This document shows, piece after piece, positions 33,701 through 43,284 of a stretch of DNA of 64,000 nucleotides. The stretch is from Coleofasciculus chthonoplastes F2-STO-03. GTDB lineage: Bacteria > Cyanobacteriota > Cyanobacteriia > Cyanobacteriales > Coleofasciculaceae. A program made the translations under genes and the position numbers. Below the pieces are notes generated by a model. It was not told where the DNA came from. It ran no database searches and saw only the letters and a program-made list of their open reading frames with translations. How positions within the stretch are numbered: position 1 is the stretch's first letter; each line of letters begins with the position of its first letter. The stretch is from positions 1-64,000 of the forward strand of contig JAVJWO010000067.1 of the NCBI GenBank assembly GCA_040222015.1, given 5' to 3'.

Positions 33701-36073
33701 GCGGGGGATATCACGTTCAAAACCCCGGTTACGTTGCAAGTTCCTCAGGGTCATGGTTCTATAAATACCACCGGGGGAACGATTCGGGGTGAGGAGAATG
33801 GGGCGATTACCCTGGAAGCGAATCAGGATATTATTACAGGTGATATTATTAATCGCGATCGCGCCTTAAGTCTGGAGAGTCACCAGGGGACAATTACCAC
33901 CGGAAACCTGCAAGCGGGTGCGATCGCGCTAACCACAAATGGCGGTACGATTAGCATCACCAGTACTGATGGGATTAGGTTTTCCGGTTCAGGTTTAATT
34001 CAAACCCATGGCGGAAACATTATTCTCAGAGGAAGAGAGATTAAGGGGGGTGGGATTACCCTGAATAGTGGTAATCCCATGGGTGATGGGGGAGATATTT
34101 ATCTTAACGCGAATTCGGGTGACTTGGCAATGGGTAATCTGAATAGTCAGGGATTGAGGGGAGGTGACATTCAAATTCAAGCCGCCGCCAACATCAGCGC
34201 AGGTGCGATCAATAGTCGAGGGAGTTCCGGGGATGGCGGAGATGTCACCCTGAGTGGGATGGGAGATATTCAGGTGAATGCGATTAATACTCAAGGGGGG
34301 AATCAGGGGAGGGGGGGTGATGTGGATATCAGCGCCAGCCAATATGTCCGGGTGAGGGATACCTTTACCGATGAAAATGGCACAGACGCCAGTATTTCCA
34401 CGGTTGGCGGTAACGCTGGGGGAGAGATTATCCTTCGCCACGGCGGGAATGAACTTACCCCCTTTTCCGTCAAAGAGGCACAAATTAATGGTACAGCCGG
34501 GGTTATCACCACGGGAGAAACGCAAATTATCCCAGTGCGATCGTTCTCTCGGAGTTACCGAGAGGGAAAGATACAAATTCTGCGCCAGGATCTCCCCATT
34601 CCTACGATTAAACATTCACCGATCAATCCTATAGATATCCTGCCACCGCATCCAGTCAGCGAACCCCTTAACCTAGAGATTGACAGGTTGGTACGAGAAG
34701 CATTTCCAGAATCCACCCCCTCTGTCTCCTCAACACCCCCCACCGCCACCACTGAAGTGATTCACCAAGAAAGCCAATTCACGAATGCTTATACCCGTTA
34801 TCTGGGGATTAAGACGCCTCGTACCGTTACCCCCCAAGAAACTCAAACCAAGTTGAGTGAAATTGAACAACTGACTGGGAGTAAACCTGCCATCATTTAC
34901 GCCTTTTTTACCCCCCAATTCTCAACCTCAGAACCAACCCACCCCAACGATCAAACCACTGAATCAACCAACAGTCTCTGGCGATTCAACCCTTCCATTC
35001 CTCAACACCAAAAACCTGCCATCCTCACCAATCCTCAACCCAGCGATCAATTAGAACTGGTGTTAGTCACGGCGTCTGGCGATATTATTAAACGTTCTGT
35101 ACCCGGTGCAACCCGAGAGACAGTGCTACAACAAGCGCTAGAATTTCGTCGTGCGGTGACGAATTTCCTCTTTCCCTCTCCTTATAAACCGTCAGCACAA
35201 CAGCTTTATCAGTGGTTAGTCGCCCCCCTAGAAGCGGAATTAGCAGCCCAACAGATTACAAGTCTTAGCTTTATCATGGATAGCGGGTTGCGTTCCTTAC
35301 CGATTGCTGCCTTGCATGATGGCACAGGATTTATTATTGAAAAGTACAGTGTGGCTTTAATGCCCAGTTTTAGCCTCACAAATACTGATTATCAGACTAT
35401 TAAAGATACTCCTGTTTTAGCGATGGGGGCGTCTGAATTCCAGGAACAAGACCCGTTACCGATGGTTCCCCAAGAGTTATTTTTAATTACTCATCAATTA
35501 GGGTTGGGTGAGTCTTTTTTGAACCAAGGATTTACTCTAGAGAATCTCCAACAAGCCCGCATTGCCCAACCATTTGGTATCTTACATTTAGCCACCCATG
35601 GTGAATTTAAACCGGGTCAAGTTAGGAATTCCTACATCCAGTTTTGGCATAACCGATTAACCTTGGATAAACTGCGGCAGTTACATTTAGATAATCCCCC
35701 GGTAGAATTGTTGGTGTTAAGTACTTGTAGTTCAGCATTAGGGGACAAACAAGCCGAGTTAGGATTTACTGGATTAGCACTACAAGCAGGGGTAAAATCG
35801 GCGCTAGGTAGTCTTTGGTCAGTCAGCGATACGGCAACCTTAGGACTGATGACGACATTTTATCAAAAATTAAACCAAGCACCCACCAAAGCCGAAGCCC
35901 TGCGTCAAACCCAACTCGCGATGATCCGGGGTGAAGTCCAATTCGATGGGGATGAATTAGTCACGCCATCGCGTCGAATTCCCTTACCTGATCGATTTCT
36001 GAATCCAGGAAATGTTAGTCTGAATCATCCTTATTATTGGAGTGCTTTTACGCTGGTGGGGAATCCTTGGTAA
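30791..36073 (+). CDS. TpsA/FHA-like exoprotein fused to C-terminal CHAT domain
   Basis: Signal peptide from ATG 30791, NLFHSF and NPAGIIFG TPS motifs, IETSG and GTWLIDP, CHAT HLATHGEF and LVLSTCSSA, HPYYWSAF-VGNPW. Confidence 0.92.
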   Translation: MNRVHLLTAAVTGFWLWVFSLGTSSEVLVLAQPIIPAADGTGTIITPDGNRIDISGGSLSGNGKNLFHSFQEFGLDADQIANFMANPNLNHILGRVIGGDASLINGLIQITGGNPHLYIMNPAGIIFGANAQLNVPADFIATTATGIGFGDNQWFNAVGVNAYQDLIGKPNQLAFDLAAAGSIFNAGNLAVSEGQNLTLLAGNVINTGTITAPGGTITVAAVPGSNLVKLSQPGHLLSLEIAAPRTPSGSLLPVTPLSLAELLTGAGETVEVNQSGTVQLTDRNVTFPQDTGMVLVFGGINVVNVDTPSGTGGEINLIGNHVGLFSAHLDASGIKGGGRVRVGGGYQGQDILPNAIETTVSPDSTIHADALTEGNGGQLVIWSDQTAQIHGQLTARGGTFGGNGGLIETSGKQALHLTSIPDASAPQGIGGTWLIDPTDITIVEQGGGEIGTNQVNVGHINTALNNGNTVIITTSISGDTGLGTITLDSGAAIHKTAGGEATLTLQADDTITLNEQISANSGELNLNLFADTDNNGEGQIRINQPILTNGGAIAATGASPNSPSIIINAEINAAGGDITLTGSSLNPSQGGIQADVIRSDGTTQGEQAGAIHLTASGDITATEISAISESSMLIGHGGDITINSGGNIAIADDILTHADQGNGGMINLEAAGMIEIHDIVSATNMGNGGDITLKAGGYLSIPGNILTYTGSGTGKGGDVTIEAATMGINSIYATGGTLGSGTITITSDEIDIGAAFSSQGGRLWLKPLTPSQGIVIGASRNDTSALDLTATELGKLWDGFNSITIGQLESQGTITLANPIQFNDPVHLAGGSELIGPNVDTKFTITGTDAGTVSGFNSPLTFSSIETIRGGSADDTVQFNPSQAGISGTIDGGAGNLILIGDELDFTGRISGTGNVTLQPLTPSQGIQLGGTDNQNPNVLELTTPELNVLQNRFNSMTIGGSNSGGVITLAGDITFKTPVTLQVPQGHGSINTTGGTIRGEENGAITLEANQDIITGDIINRDRALSLESHQGTITTGNLQAGAIALTTNGGTISITSTDGIRFSGSGLIQTHGGNIILRGREIKGGGITLNSGNPMGDGGDIYLNANSGDLAMGNLNSQGLRGGDIQIQAAANISAGAINSRGSSGDGGDVTLSGMGDIQVNAINTQGGNQGRGGDVDISASQYVRVRDTFTDENGTDASISTVGGNAGGEIILRHGGNELTPFSVKEAQINGTAGVITTGETQIIPVRSFSRSYREGKIQILRQDLPIPTIKHSPINPIDILPPHPVSEPLNLEIDRLVREAFPESTPSVSSTPPTATTEVIHQESQFTNAYTRYLGIKTPRTVTPQETQTKLSEIEQLTGSKPAIIYAFFTPQFSTSEPTHPNDQTTESTNSLWRFNPSIPQHQKPAILTNPQPSDQLELVLVTASGDIIKRSVPGATRETVLQQALEFRRAVTNFLFPSPYKPSAQQLYQWLVAPLEAELAAQQITSLSFIMDSGLRSLPIAALHDGTGFIIEKYSVALMPSFSLTNTDYQTIKDTPVLAMGASEFQEQDPLPMVPQELFLITHQLGLGESFLNQGFTLENLQQARIAQPFGILHLATHGEFKPGQVRNSYIQFWHNRLTLDKLRQLHLDNPPVELLVLSTCSSALGDKQAELGFTGLALQAGVKSALGSLWSVSDTATLGLMTTFYQKLNQAPTKAEALRQTQLAMIRGEVQFDGDELVTPSRRIPLPDRFLNPGNVSLNHPYYWSAFTLVGNPW

Positions 36074-36100
36074 AAGGGTAAAAGCTGAAGGCTTCTTTAT

Positions 36101-36703
36101 TCAAGGGGATGCTTCTGGAGCCACAGATTCAATCACATCGACTTCACCTACCCGATTGAGGGGCCAAAAGCGGACGATCGCTCGTCCAATAATCTTGTCA
36201 CGCGGGACAAAACCCCAATAGTGAGAATCGTAGCTATTATTGCGATTATCTCCCAACACCAAATAATTGTCCTCAGGTACAGTCACCGGTCCGTAGCTGT
36301 ATTCGGGTTCCTCTTCGATATATTGTTCCCGCAAGGCTTGATCATTGACATAGACTCGTCCTCCCTTCACCTCCACGGTTTCGCCAGGAAGACCAATCAC
36401 TCGCTTGATAAAGGCGTCTTTGAAATTTTGCTGCTTGAGCGCATCTGTGGGAGAAAAGACGACAATATCTCCGCGCTGGGGTTGACGGAAGTTATAGCTG
36501 ATCTTATCAATAATCAAGCGATCGTTAATCTGAAGGGTGGGTTCCATAGAACCCGAAGGGATATACCGCGCTTCTGCCACGAAGCTGCGAATCCCGATCG
36601 CGAGAAAAACACTCAAGCCAATGGTCTTGAATCCCTCTACCCAGGGATTTTCTTGCTTTTGTACCGATTGTTTTTCAGGGTCTCGATTTTGGGCACGAGT
36701 CAT
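36101..36703 (-). CDS. lepB: Signal peptidase I
   Basis: [20 protein letters not shown] and [11 protein letters not shown] motifs. Confidence 0.95.
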   Translation of the reverse strand: MTRAQNRDPEKQSVQKQENPWVEGFKTIGLSVFLAIGIRSFVAEARYIPSGSMEPTLQINDRLIIDKISYNFRQPQRGDIVVFSPTDALKQQNFKDAFIKRVIGLPGETVEVKGGRVYVNDQALREQYIEEEPEYSYGPVTVPEDNYLVLGDNRNNSYDSHYWGFVPRDKIIGRAIVRFWPLNRVGEVDVIESVAPEASP

Positions 36704-36742
36704 AGCCGTTGAATCACCTTAAGCAATCACGAGTTGGACGAC

Positions 36743-36783
36743 GGAGAAAAATCAGGGGAGAAAAATCAGGGGAGAAAAATCAG
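36743..36783. repeat. 3 x 14-bp tandem GGAGAAAAATCAGG
   Basis: Units at 36743, 36757 and 36771 between divergent lepB and pyrC. Confidence 0.8.
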
Positions 36784-36911
36784 CCGATTAGTAGGCTCAT
36801 CTCTTCCAATTTAACCGAAGCGGTTGTAACCGATGGGGTTCCTCTAGTAACTGGACAAAATTCGCTTTAAAGTAGGAATACTGAAGCTATTGGGAATTTT
36901 AGCATTTTCTT

Positions 36912-38231
36912 ATGTCCTCTGACTCAAGCTTACTCATCCGCCATGCTCGTATTCTCATGCCCACAGGGGACATTTTGCTGGGAGATGTCCTCACTCGTGG
37001 TCGAGAAATTGTCCAGATTGCCCCAGACATCTCAGCTTCGGCAGATAGGGAAATCGACGCGACAGGGTTAACAGTGTTGCCGGGAGTCATCGATCCACAA
37101 GTTCATTTTCGCGAACCGGGCTTAGAACATAAGGAAGACTTATTTACCGCCAGTTGTGCTTGTGCCAAGGGAGGCGTTACCTCATTTCTGGAAATGCCCA
37201 ACACTCGCCCCCTAACCACGACTCAAGCCGCACTAGACGATAAGCTGAAACGGGCATCTGAGAAGTGCTTAGTTAACTACGGCTTTTTTATTGGCGCCAC
37301 GCCAGCAAATTTGCCTGATCTGCGTGAAGCACAGCCGACCTGTGGGATTAAGATATTTATGGGTTCAATGCGTGGGGACTTATTGGTGGATAGCGAGGAA
37401 GTCCTCGACCCAATTTTTGCCCAAGGCACCCGGCTGATTGCTGTTCATGCTGAAGATCAAGCCCGAATCCGGGAACGGCGGGAAAAGTTTGCCGGAATTA
37501 ATGATCCGGCAATTCACTCCCAGATTCAGGATAATCAAGCCGCCCTGAATGCGACTCAACTGGCGCTGAAACTCTCGAAAAAGTATCAGCGACGGCTGCA
37601 TATTCTGCATCTGTCTACCGGGGAGGAAGCCGAGTTACTGCGTCGGGATAAACCCAGTTGGGTAACGGCTGAAGTCACACCCCAACACCTGCTACTCAAT
37701 ACCAGCGCCTACGAGAAAATCGGCACATTGGCGCAAATGAATCCCCCCTTGCGATCGCCCCAGGATAATGCCACCCTTTGGCAAGCCCTATTAGATGGCG
37801 TCATTGACTTTATTGCCACGGATCACGCCCCTCATACCCTAGAGGAAAAAGCCCAAACCTATCCCAATAGTCCATCAGGAATGCCGGGAGTAGAGACATC
37901 CTTAGCCTTAATACTCACCCAAGCCATACAAGGACGCTGTACCCTTGCCCAAGTCTCCAACTGGATGTCTACGGCTGTGGCTAAAGCCTATCGCATTCCC
38001 AACAAAGGCGCGATCGCTCCCGGTTATGATGCCGATTTGGTCTTAGTAGACTTGGAAAATTACCGTCCGGTGAAGCGAGAGGAACTCTTAACCAAATGTG
38101 GCTGGAGTCCCTTTGAAGGCTGGAATTTGACGGGATGGTCAGTGATGACTATTGTTGGGGGTCAAGTGGCTTATGAACGGGGAAAACTGCACACAGAGGT
38201 ACGCGGTCAAGCCTTGAGGTTTGATGGGTAA
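36912..38231 (+). CDS. pyrC: Dihydroorotase (multifunctional-complex type)
   Basis: IDPQVHFREPG, EMPNT, HAED, MNPPLR and ATDHAPH motifs. Confidence 0.9.
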   Translation: MSSDSSLLIRHARILMPTGDILLGDVLTRGREIVQIAPDISASADREIDATGLTVLPGVIDPQVHFREPGLEHKEDLFTASCACAKGGVTSFLEMPNTRPLTTTQAALDDKLKRASEKCLVNYGFFIGATPANLPDLREAQPTCGIKIFMGSMRGDLLVDSEEVLDPIFAQGTRLIAVHAEDQARIRERREKFAGINDPAIHSQIQDNQAALNATQLALKLSKKYQRRLHILHLSTGEEAELLRRDKPSWVTAEVTPQHLLLNTSAYEKIGTLAQMNPPLRSPQDNATLWQALLDGVIDFIATDHAPHTLEEKAQTYPNSPSGMPGVETSLALILTQAIQGRCTLAQVSNWMSTAVAKAYRIPNKGAIAPGYDADLVLVDLENYRPVKREELLTKCGWSPFEGWNLTGWSVMTIVGGQVAYERGKLHTEVRGQALRFDG

Positions 38232-38320
38232 AGTAACCCTTCCCTCTGCCTTTTGCAATACCTTAACCTTACCCTATTCCCTAACAAATGACAAATGACG
38301 AATGACAAAGGACAAACACT

Positions 38321-38836
38321 ATGACATTAGAAGCGCAAAAGCGATCACCACTTAAAGCTATTTTGATCGTCTTGATTGCTTTAATTTTCATTGTTGCCTG
38401 TTCTATAGGCGTAACCTTAACTGTTTCAGGAGGAGAGATGTTTGCTGGAAAACGACCCACGAATCTTGGCATTGAGTCAGGGAAATTAACTGCCTGTCCC
38501 GAAAGCCCAAACTGTGTCAATAGTCAAGCTCAAGATGCCCAACATAAAATTGATCCGTTAACCTATAAATCAGCACCAGCTAAGGCAATAGCTGACCTGA
38601 AAACCGTGATTGAGAACATGGAAAGAACCAAAATTATCACGGAATCAGAGAATTATCTCTACGCCGAATTCGCGACTAAGCTGATGGGGTTCGTCGATGA
38701 CGTAGAATTTTTCCTAGATGAAGGAGCGAATGTTATCCATGTTCGTTCAGCATCGCGTTTAGGACAATCCGATTTAGGCGTAAACCGCAAACGGGTGGAA
38801 ACCATTCGCGCCCAATTCAACGAACTGCAAACCTAA
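38321..38836 (+). CDS. DUF1499 domain protein
   Basis: CPESPNCVNSQ, GFVDDVEF, RSASRLGQSDLGVNRKR. Confidence 0.9.
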   Translation: MTLEAQKRSPLKAILIVLIALIFIVACSIGVTLTVSGGEMFAGKRPTNLGIESGKLTACPESPNCVNSQAQDAQHKIDPLTYKSAPAKAIADLKTVIENMERTKIITESENYLYAEFATKLMGFVDDVEFFLDEGANVIHVRSASRLGQSDLGVNRKRVETIRAQFNELQT

Positions 38837-38860
38837 CAGGAATTACGCACAAACGCCATT

Positions 38861-38966
38861 TATAGCAACCGCCATGGCTGTTAGGACACATCATTTATGT
38901 AGAGACGCGCCATGGCGCGTCTCTACAATGGTGCCGAACGTCCTAATCGATGTGTCTATTGCTATA
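38861..38966. mobile_element. 106-bp MITE-like element with TATAGCAA/TTGCTATA termini and internal palindrome
   Basis: Terminal inverted repeats; internal GTAGAGACGCGCCATGGCGCGTCTCTAC; inverted partial copy at 56123-56195. Confidence 0.7.
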
Positions 38967-39008
38967 TTTATGGTAGGGGCACGGCACAGAAGAGCCCCTA
39001 CAGGTAGC

Positions 39009-39425
39009 TCACGACTTTTTCATGTCACGAGCCATTTTGCGGAACATATCCATGCTAGAATCGCTAGAATTAGCACGGCGGCGCTCAAAACTGTTTGGCT
39101 GTGGCTCACTCACTGGCTGGTTTTGAGGAGTTGGTAGCGGTTCAGGAGTAGCACTAATTTGCTTATTGGAACGGATGACTTGCCCAAAAGCAGAGGTTTC
39201 TACCTCCTGCTCTAAACCCTCCCCTAGGTTATCTTTCTTTTTTGCAAACCGCTTCTTTACAGATGTGGGCGATCGCATATAGTTAATATCACCAAACGTC
39301 TTGGCGTCATCCGGCTCCAAGAAGTAGGCTCGCCGCTTTTGGGCTTCTGCTGCTTGTTCGGCTTCGTCTGTCTCCTCATCGACGTACTTGCTCTTTAACC
39401 CAAATAAATTACTCAGAAATCCCAT
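39009..39425 (-). CDS. Conserved-looking cyanobacterial hypothetical protein
   Basis: AYFLEPDDAKTFGDINYMR and SMDMFRKMARDMKK segments; clean ORF. Confidence 0.7.
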   Translation of the reverse strand: MGFLSNLFGLKSKYVDEETDEAEQAAEAQKRRAYFLEPDDAKTFGDINYMRSPTSVKKRFAKKKDNLGEGLEQEVETSAFGQVIRSNKQISATPEPLPTPQNQPVSEPQPNSFERRRANSSDSSMDMFRKMARDMKKS

Positions 39426-39636
39426 AGCGAACTAATCCTGCCCTTAATTGATTGCCTTTGTTACTTTATGTTAACAATAATTAATAATTATGTAAATGTT
39501 GTTCTAAAACTAGCTGAGTGAGGTAATAAACTGTGTAGTTCTTCTGCACTACATTGGTCAGGGATAGCCTGTAAACCTGTAGAGACGTTGCAGGCAACGT
39601 CTCTACAGGATCTATGTAGTTCAAGCCGCAGAAAAT

Positions 39637-40164
39637 TTAACTGGATGGCACTAGCCGCTTGCGGAGGGATTCGGCTCTCCGCTTCGCTGTATCATTCTTC
39701 GGTTCATGCTTGAGCGCTGCTTCATACGCCTCTAACGCTTGAGCGGTGAGCTGCTTGCGCTCGTAAACGTGACCCAAGTTATTGAGAGCCGTCACATAAT
39801 CTGGCTCTCGTTTTAAGGCTTCCTTATACTGGCGAATGGCAATATCGTATTGATCTTGGGCAAAGTAAGCAAAACCGAGAGCATTATGAACCGGAGCTAG
39901 ATTGGTTTCTGAAGCATCCGGAGCTTTAAGTCCCTTTTGGAATAGAATAACGGCTTGAGCAAAGAGTTTCTTGTCCAGATAGATGCTACCCAACTCGTAG
40001 TAGTCTTGGACTGATCCTCGCTCTTTTTGCAGCTTTTGCTCCAGCTTGGAGAGGGTGCTTTCGATTTTACGGGTTTTGAACACTTGGCGGATTACTGCCA
40101 AAGCTGCAACGCCAAGCAGAACTAACAATATGATTAGATAAGTTTGTGGCAGGGTTTCATCCAT
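39637..40164 (-). CDS. ycf37: Ycf37-like TPR membrane protein (photosystem I assembly)
   Basis: N-terminal TM helix then about 3 TPRs (YYELGSIY, HNALGFAY, LNNLGHVY); near rplT-rpmI; likely ATG at 40164. Confidence 0.8.
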   Translation of the reverse strand: MDETLPQTYLIILLVLLGVAALAVIRQVFKTRKIESTLSKLEQKLQKERGSVQDYYELGSIYLDKKLFAQAVILFQKGLKAPDASETNLAPVHNALGFAYFAQDQYDIAIRQYKEALKREPDYVTALNNLGHVYERKQLTAQALEAYEAALKHEPKNDTAKRRAESLRKRLVPSS

Positions 40165-40266
40165 AATCGTGTGCAACTTATACGGGACGGGTTTCAACGT
40201 GTTGGAATCTGATTCTTCCAAGCTGCCGCTTCAACTCTCTGCTATGGGCAGTCATTGACTCTTTTA

Positions 40267-41058
40267 TCATGGTAAACCCCAAGCGGCAGCACGTTCAGCT
40301 AACCAACCTTCGGCGTGCCAACGTTCGATCGCCTGATTGACTTGTTGTCGCAGTTCGGTATATTGCAATCCTTTAGGCATCACTATCGCCAAAGCTTCAC
40401 CAGATAAGCGATAGGGGAGCAATCGATACGCTGGGTATTGCTGCACCCATCCTGTCAGAACACTCTGATCAGCGGCAAAGGCATTAGCGTCTCCCGCCTC
40501 AATAAGCGATCGCGCTTCTTGGTAGGAGTCAACGCCGACTAATTGGGCATTGGGTAAAGCATACTTGATCACTGGGATTGTACTCGATCCCTTGAGAACT
40601 GCAATAGTTTGGTTGTCTAAATCGCTCAACAGATTAATTGAAGCATCTTTGGTGATCATCCCTGCACCATCTAAATAGTAAGGGATACTGAAATCGACCA
40701 AGCGAGCGCGAGACTCCGTTACCGTTACTCTAGCGATCGCAATATCAACCCGATCCTCAACTACCACACTCAAGCGATCGCGATTCGTCACTGGCTGCAA
40801 AACCACAGCCTCTGGACTCCCTAGCAATTCTTTAGCCAGTCGTCGGGCGATATCAATTTCGAGTCCTTGTAGCCTTCCCGTCGCATCACGAAAGCCCAAA
40901 GGACGCAAATTATCTTTTACCGCAACAATTAATTGACCCCGTTGCTCAATTTCTGCCAATTCAGCCGGATAAGCGGATGGAGGTTGTACGAGAGTCATTC
41001 CCATCAATCCAAGTGCTACACCGACGTTAACAAACCTTTGGGCGATCATCGGTTTCAT
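40267..41058 (-). CDS. Extracellular solute-binding protein family 3
   Basis: Signal peptide, VAVKDNLRPLGF, GLEIDIAR, R-RLVDFS-PYY. Confidence 0.9.
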   Translation of the reverse strand: MKPMIAQRFVNVGVALGLMGMTLVQPPSAYPAELAEIEQRGQLIVAVKDNLRPLGFRDATGRLQGLEIDIARRLAKELLGSPEAVVLQPVTNRDRLSVVVEDRVDIAIARVTVTESRARLVDFSIPYYLDGAGMITKDASINLLSDLDNQTIAVLKGSSTIPVIKYALPNAQLVGVDSYQEARSLIEAGDANAFAADQSVLTGWVQQYPAYRLLPYRLSGEALAIVMPKGLQYTELRQQVNQAIERWHAEGWLAERAAAWGLP

Positions 41059-41288
41059 TTGAGATTAGTGATTGAGCAGCAGGGATTGGAGAAGTGTTGA
41101 GTGTGTAGGGGCGGGTTTAGGGAATGAAAGCGCAAGCTATTGATGATAACCTTGGTTCAAAACCCGCCCTCATCTCCCCCTGCTCCCAGACGTGCCATGG
41201 CACGTCTCTACATTGCTTCCCCTGCTCCCCCTGCTCCCCCTACTCCCCCTGCTCCCCCTGCGATCTCAACCGACACACTCTAACGAAC

Positions 41289-41645
41289 TTACTTCGCGCC
41301 TTGGCTAGCAAGTTCTACAACCTTTTGAAAGCTGGCGGGATCTAATACAGCTAATTGTGCCAACATCTTGCGATTGATTTGAATATTCGCCTTTTTCATC
41401 TGACCCATAAGCTGACTGTAGCTTATGCCATGCTGACGAGCCGCCGCATTGATACGAGTAATCCAGAGGCGGCGAAAATCCCGCTTGCGCTTACGGCGAT
41501 CGCGATAAGCGTTCCGCAGTGCTTTCATCACCTGTTGATTGGCTGTACGGAAGAGTTTGGAGTGAGAACCCCGATATCCTTTCGCCAGCTTGAGAACTTT
41601 CTTGCGTCGTTTACGGGCGACGTTACCGCGTTTTACTCTTGTCAT
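41289..41645 (-). CDS. rplT: 50S ribosomal protein L20
   Basis: [38 protein letters not shown]. Confidence 0.98.
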   Translation of the reverse strand: MTRVKRGNVARKRRKKVLKLAKGYRGSHSKLFRTANQQVMKALRNAYRDRRKRKRDFRRLWITRINAAARQHGISYSQLMGQMKKANIQINRKMLAQLAVLDPASFQKVVELASQGAK

Positions 41646-41700
41646 TGACTCTTCCTAATTGATACGAGTACGAGCTAGATGGTTATTCGTCTAAAGCAGT

Positions 41701-41898
41701 CTAAAAATAGGGAAGCATCAGGCGCACATTATCGGCATCCCGTTCATTGACCAAGTTCAATTTTGACAGACGCCGCTTCCGTCCTGAGTTTTTGCGCTCC
41801 AGCAAGTGACTCTTAAACGCCTTGCGTCGTCTAATTTTACCGTTTCCGGTGGGTCGAAAACGTTTCGCGGCTGCTCTACGGCTTTTTAGTTTCGGCAT
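41701..41898 (-). CDS. rpmI: 50S ribosomal protein L35
   Basis: [14 protein letters not shown]...HLL; ATG at 41898. Confidence 0.97.
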   Translation of the reverse strand: MPKLKSRRAAAKRFRPTGNGKIRRRKAFKSHLLERKNSGRKRRLSKLNLVNERDADNVRLMLPYF

Positions 41899-42024
41899 AA
41901 ACAATTTGAAATAAGGACACAATCTATAATTGTACTACTGTTTCGGTCTGTATCGTAAAGATTTAATCTACACCGGGCTATGTCAGGGTGAGAGGCAATA
42001 CGGTTGGGTTAAGGGAAGCAAGGG

Positions 42025-42340
42025 CTGTAGGGGCGACCCGCCGTACTCAATTGGCATCACCCAACCCTTAATTTTATCGGGTCGCCCTGGACAAAAATCG
42101 CGAGATTTTAATCATAAATGGCAACAATCTCAACAATTCCAGGTCAACATTGCCCAGTATTTTTAATTATCGGATAAGACTGTAGGGGCGACCCGCCGTA
42201 CTCAATTGGCATCACTGAACCCTTAATTTTATCGGGTCGCCCTGGACAAAAACCGCGAGATTTTAATCATAAATGGCAACAATCTCGACAATTCCAGGTC
42301 AACACCGCCCAGTATTTTTAATTCTCGGATAAGACCGTAG
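42025..42340. repeat. Two tandem 155-bp near-identical repeats containing GTAGGGGCGACCCG...CGGGTCGCCCT palindromes
   Basis: Units start at 42025 and 42180; third partial start at 42335. Confidence 0.92.
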
Positions 42341-42493
42341 GGTATCAATAATTATCTGACACCGCATACATTAGATGAGGGCGAGTCGAGATATTTTAAT
42401 TCTCACGCCGCCTACGATATGCAGCGACTCGCCCCTACAACCATTGATTATAGTTTCTATCCAAAATCATAAAAACTTTTAAAAGGCTCACAC

Positions 42494-43161
42494 TTAGTTT
42501 GGCGAGGGAGTCACTCTAGACAGTTGAGACTGCGCTGCTTCATCACAATCCAGTTTACCTAGATCACGGCAAAGTTGAGCCGCCTGCTGTAAATCGTTGA
42601 TCGCGGCTAATCGATTTCCCAGTTGGGCTTGGGTTAACCCTCGTTCGTAGTAAGCTAAAGCATAATCAGGATTTCGTTCAATCGCTTGGGTGTAATCCGC
42701 GATCGCACCTAGAGTATCTTCTATTTCCTGACGGGCTAATCCTCGGTTATAGTAAGCTTCTGCCGCCTCTGGATTCAATTGAATCGCTACTGTATAATCC
42801 GTTATCGCCCCGCGACTATCTCCTCGGCGCTGACGGGCTAAACCACGGTTTTGATAAGCTAGGGCATTATTGGGTCGTAAATTAATCGCGGTGGTACAGT
42901 CGTCAATCGCACCTTTTTGATTACCGAGGTTAGAACGAGAACGACAGCGTTTCAGGTAAGCCGTGACCAGATTGGGTTTAAGTTGAATAGCTTGGGTATA
43001 ATCCTCAATGGCAGCTTGTTCATTTCCTAACTCGGCTTGGATTTGACCACGCATTTAGGATGCTGGGGAGAGTGAATATCTACCACTAAATAAGTGCGAC
43101 CCAATTCATCGGTATCCAGGACTTTAATAAATTGGTAACGTCTTGCTAAGAGTTTGCCCAT
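42494..43161 (-). pseudogene. Ser/Thr kinase-like N-terminus joined out of frame to TPR C-terminus (internal deletion)
   Basis: 43161-43027 encodes MGKLLARRYQFIKVL...TYLVVDIHSPQHPKCVVK; TPR ORF 43054-42494 begins mid-repeat. Confidence 0.75.
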
Positions 43162-43250
43162 ATTGATGCACGCTGACGCTCTGTGCAAAAATTATGACAC
43201 GAAAGGCAAAATCCCCATTTTTGAAAAAAATCTGTTATGATAGCACGACA

Positions 43251-43284
43251 GAAAAAGCTCCAGAGGATCTCTGGAGCTGTTTTG
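43251..43284. terminator. Intrinsic terminator-like hairpin
   Basis: AGCTCCAGAG-GAT-CTCTGGAGCT with A-tract on the left and T-tract on the right. Confidence 0.7.

Noticed and set aside
39460..39500. RpaB/HLR1-like repeats upstream of the 39425 gene
   Set aside because: AT-rich with only loose TTACA-like matches; not distinguishable from chance by eye.
42025..42340. Possible CRISPR or array of RNA genes
   Set aside because: Whole 155-bp units are near-identical, so there are no unique spacers; no tRNA-like fold recognised.
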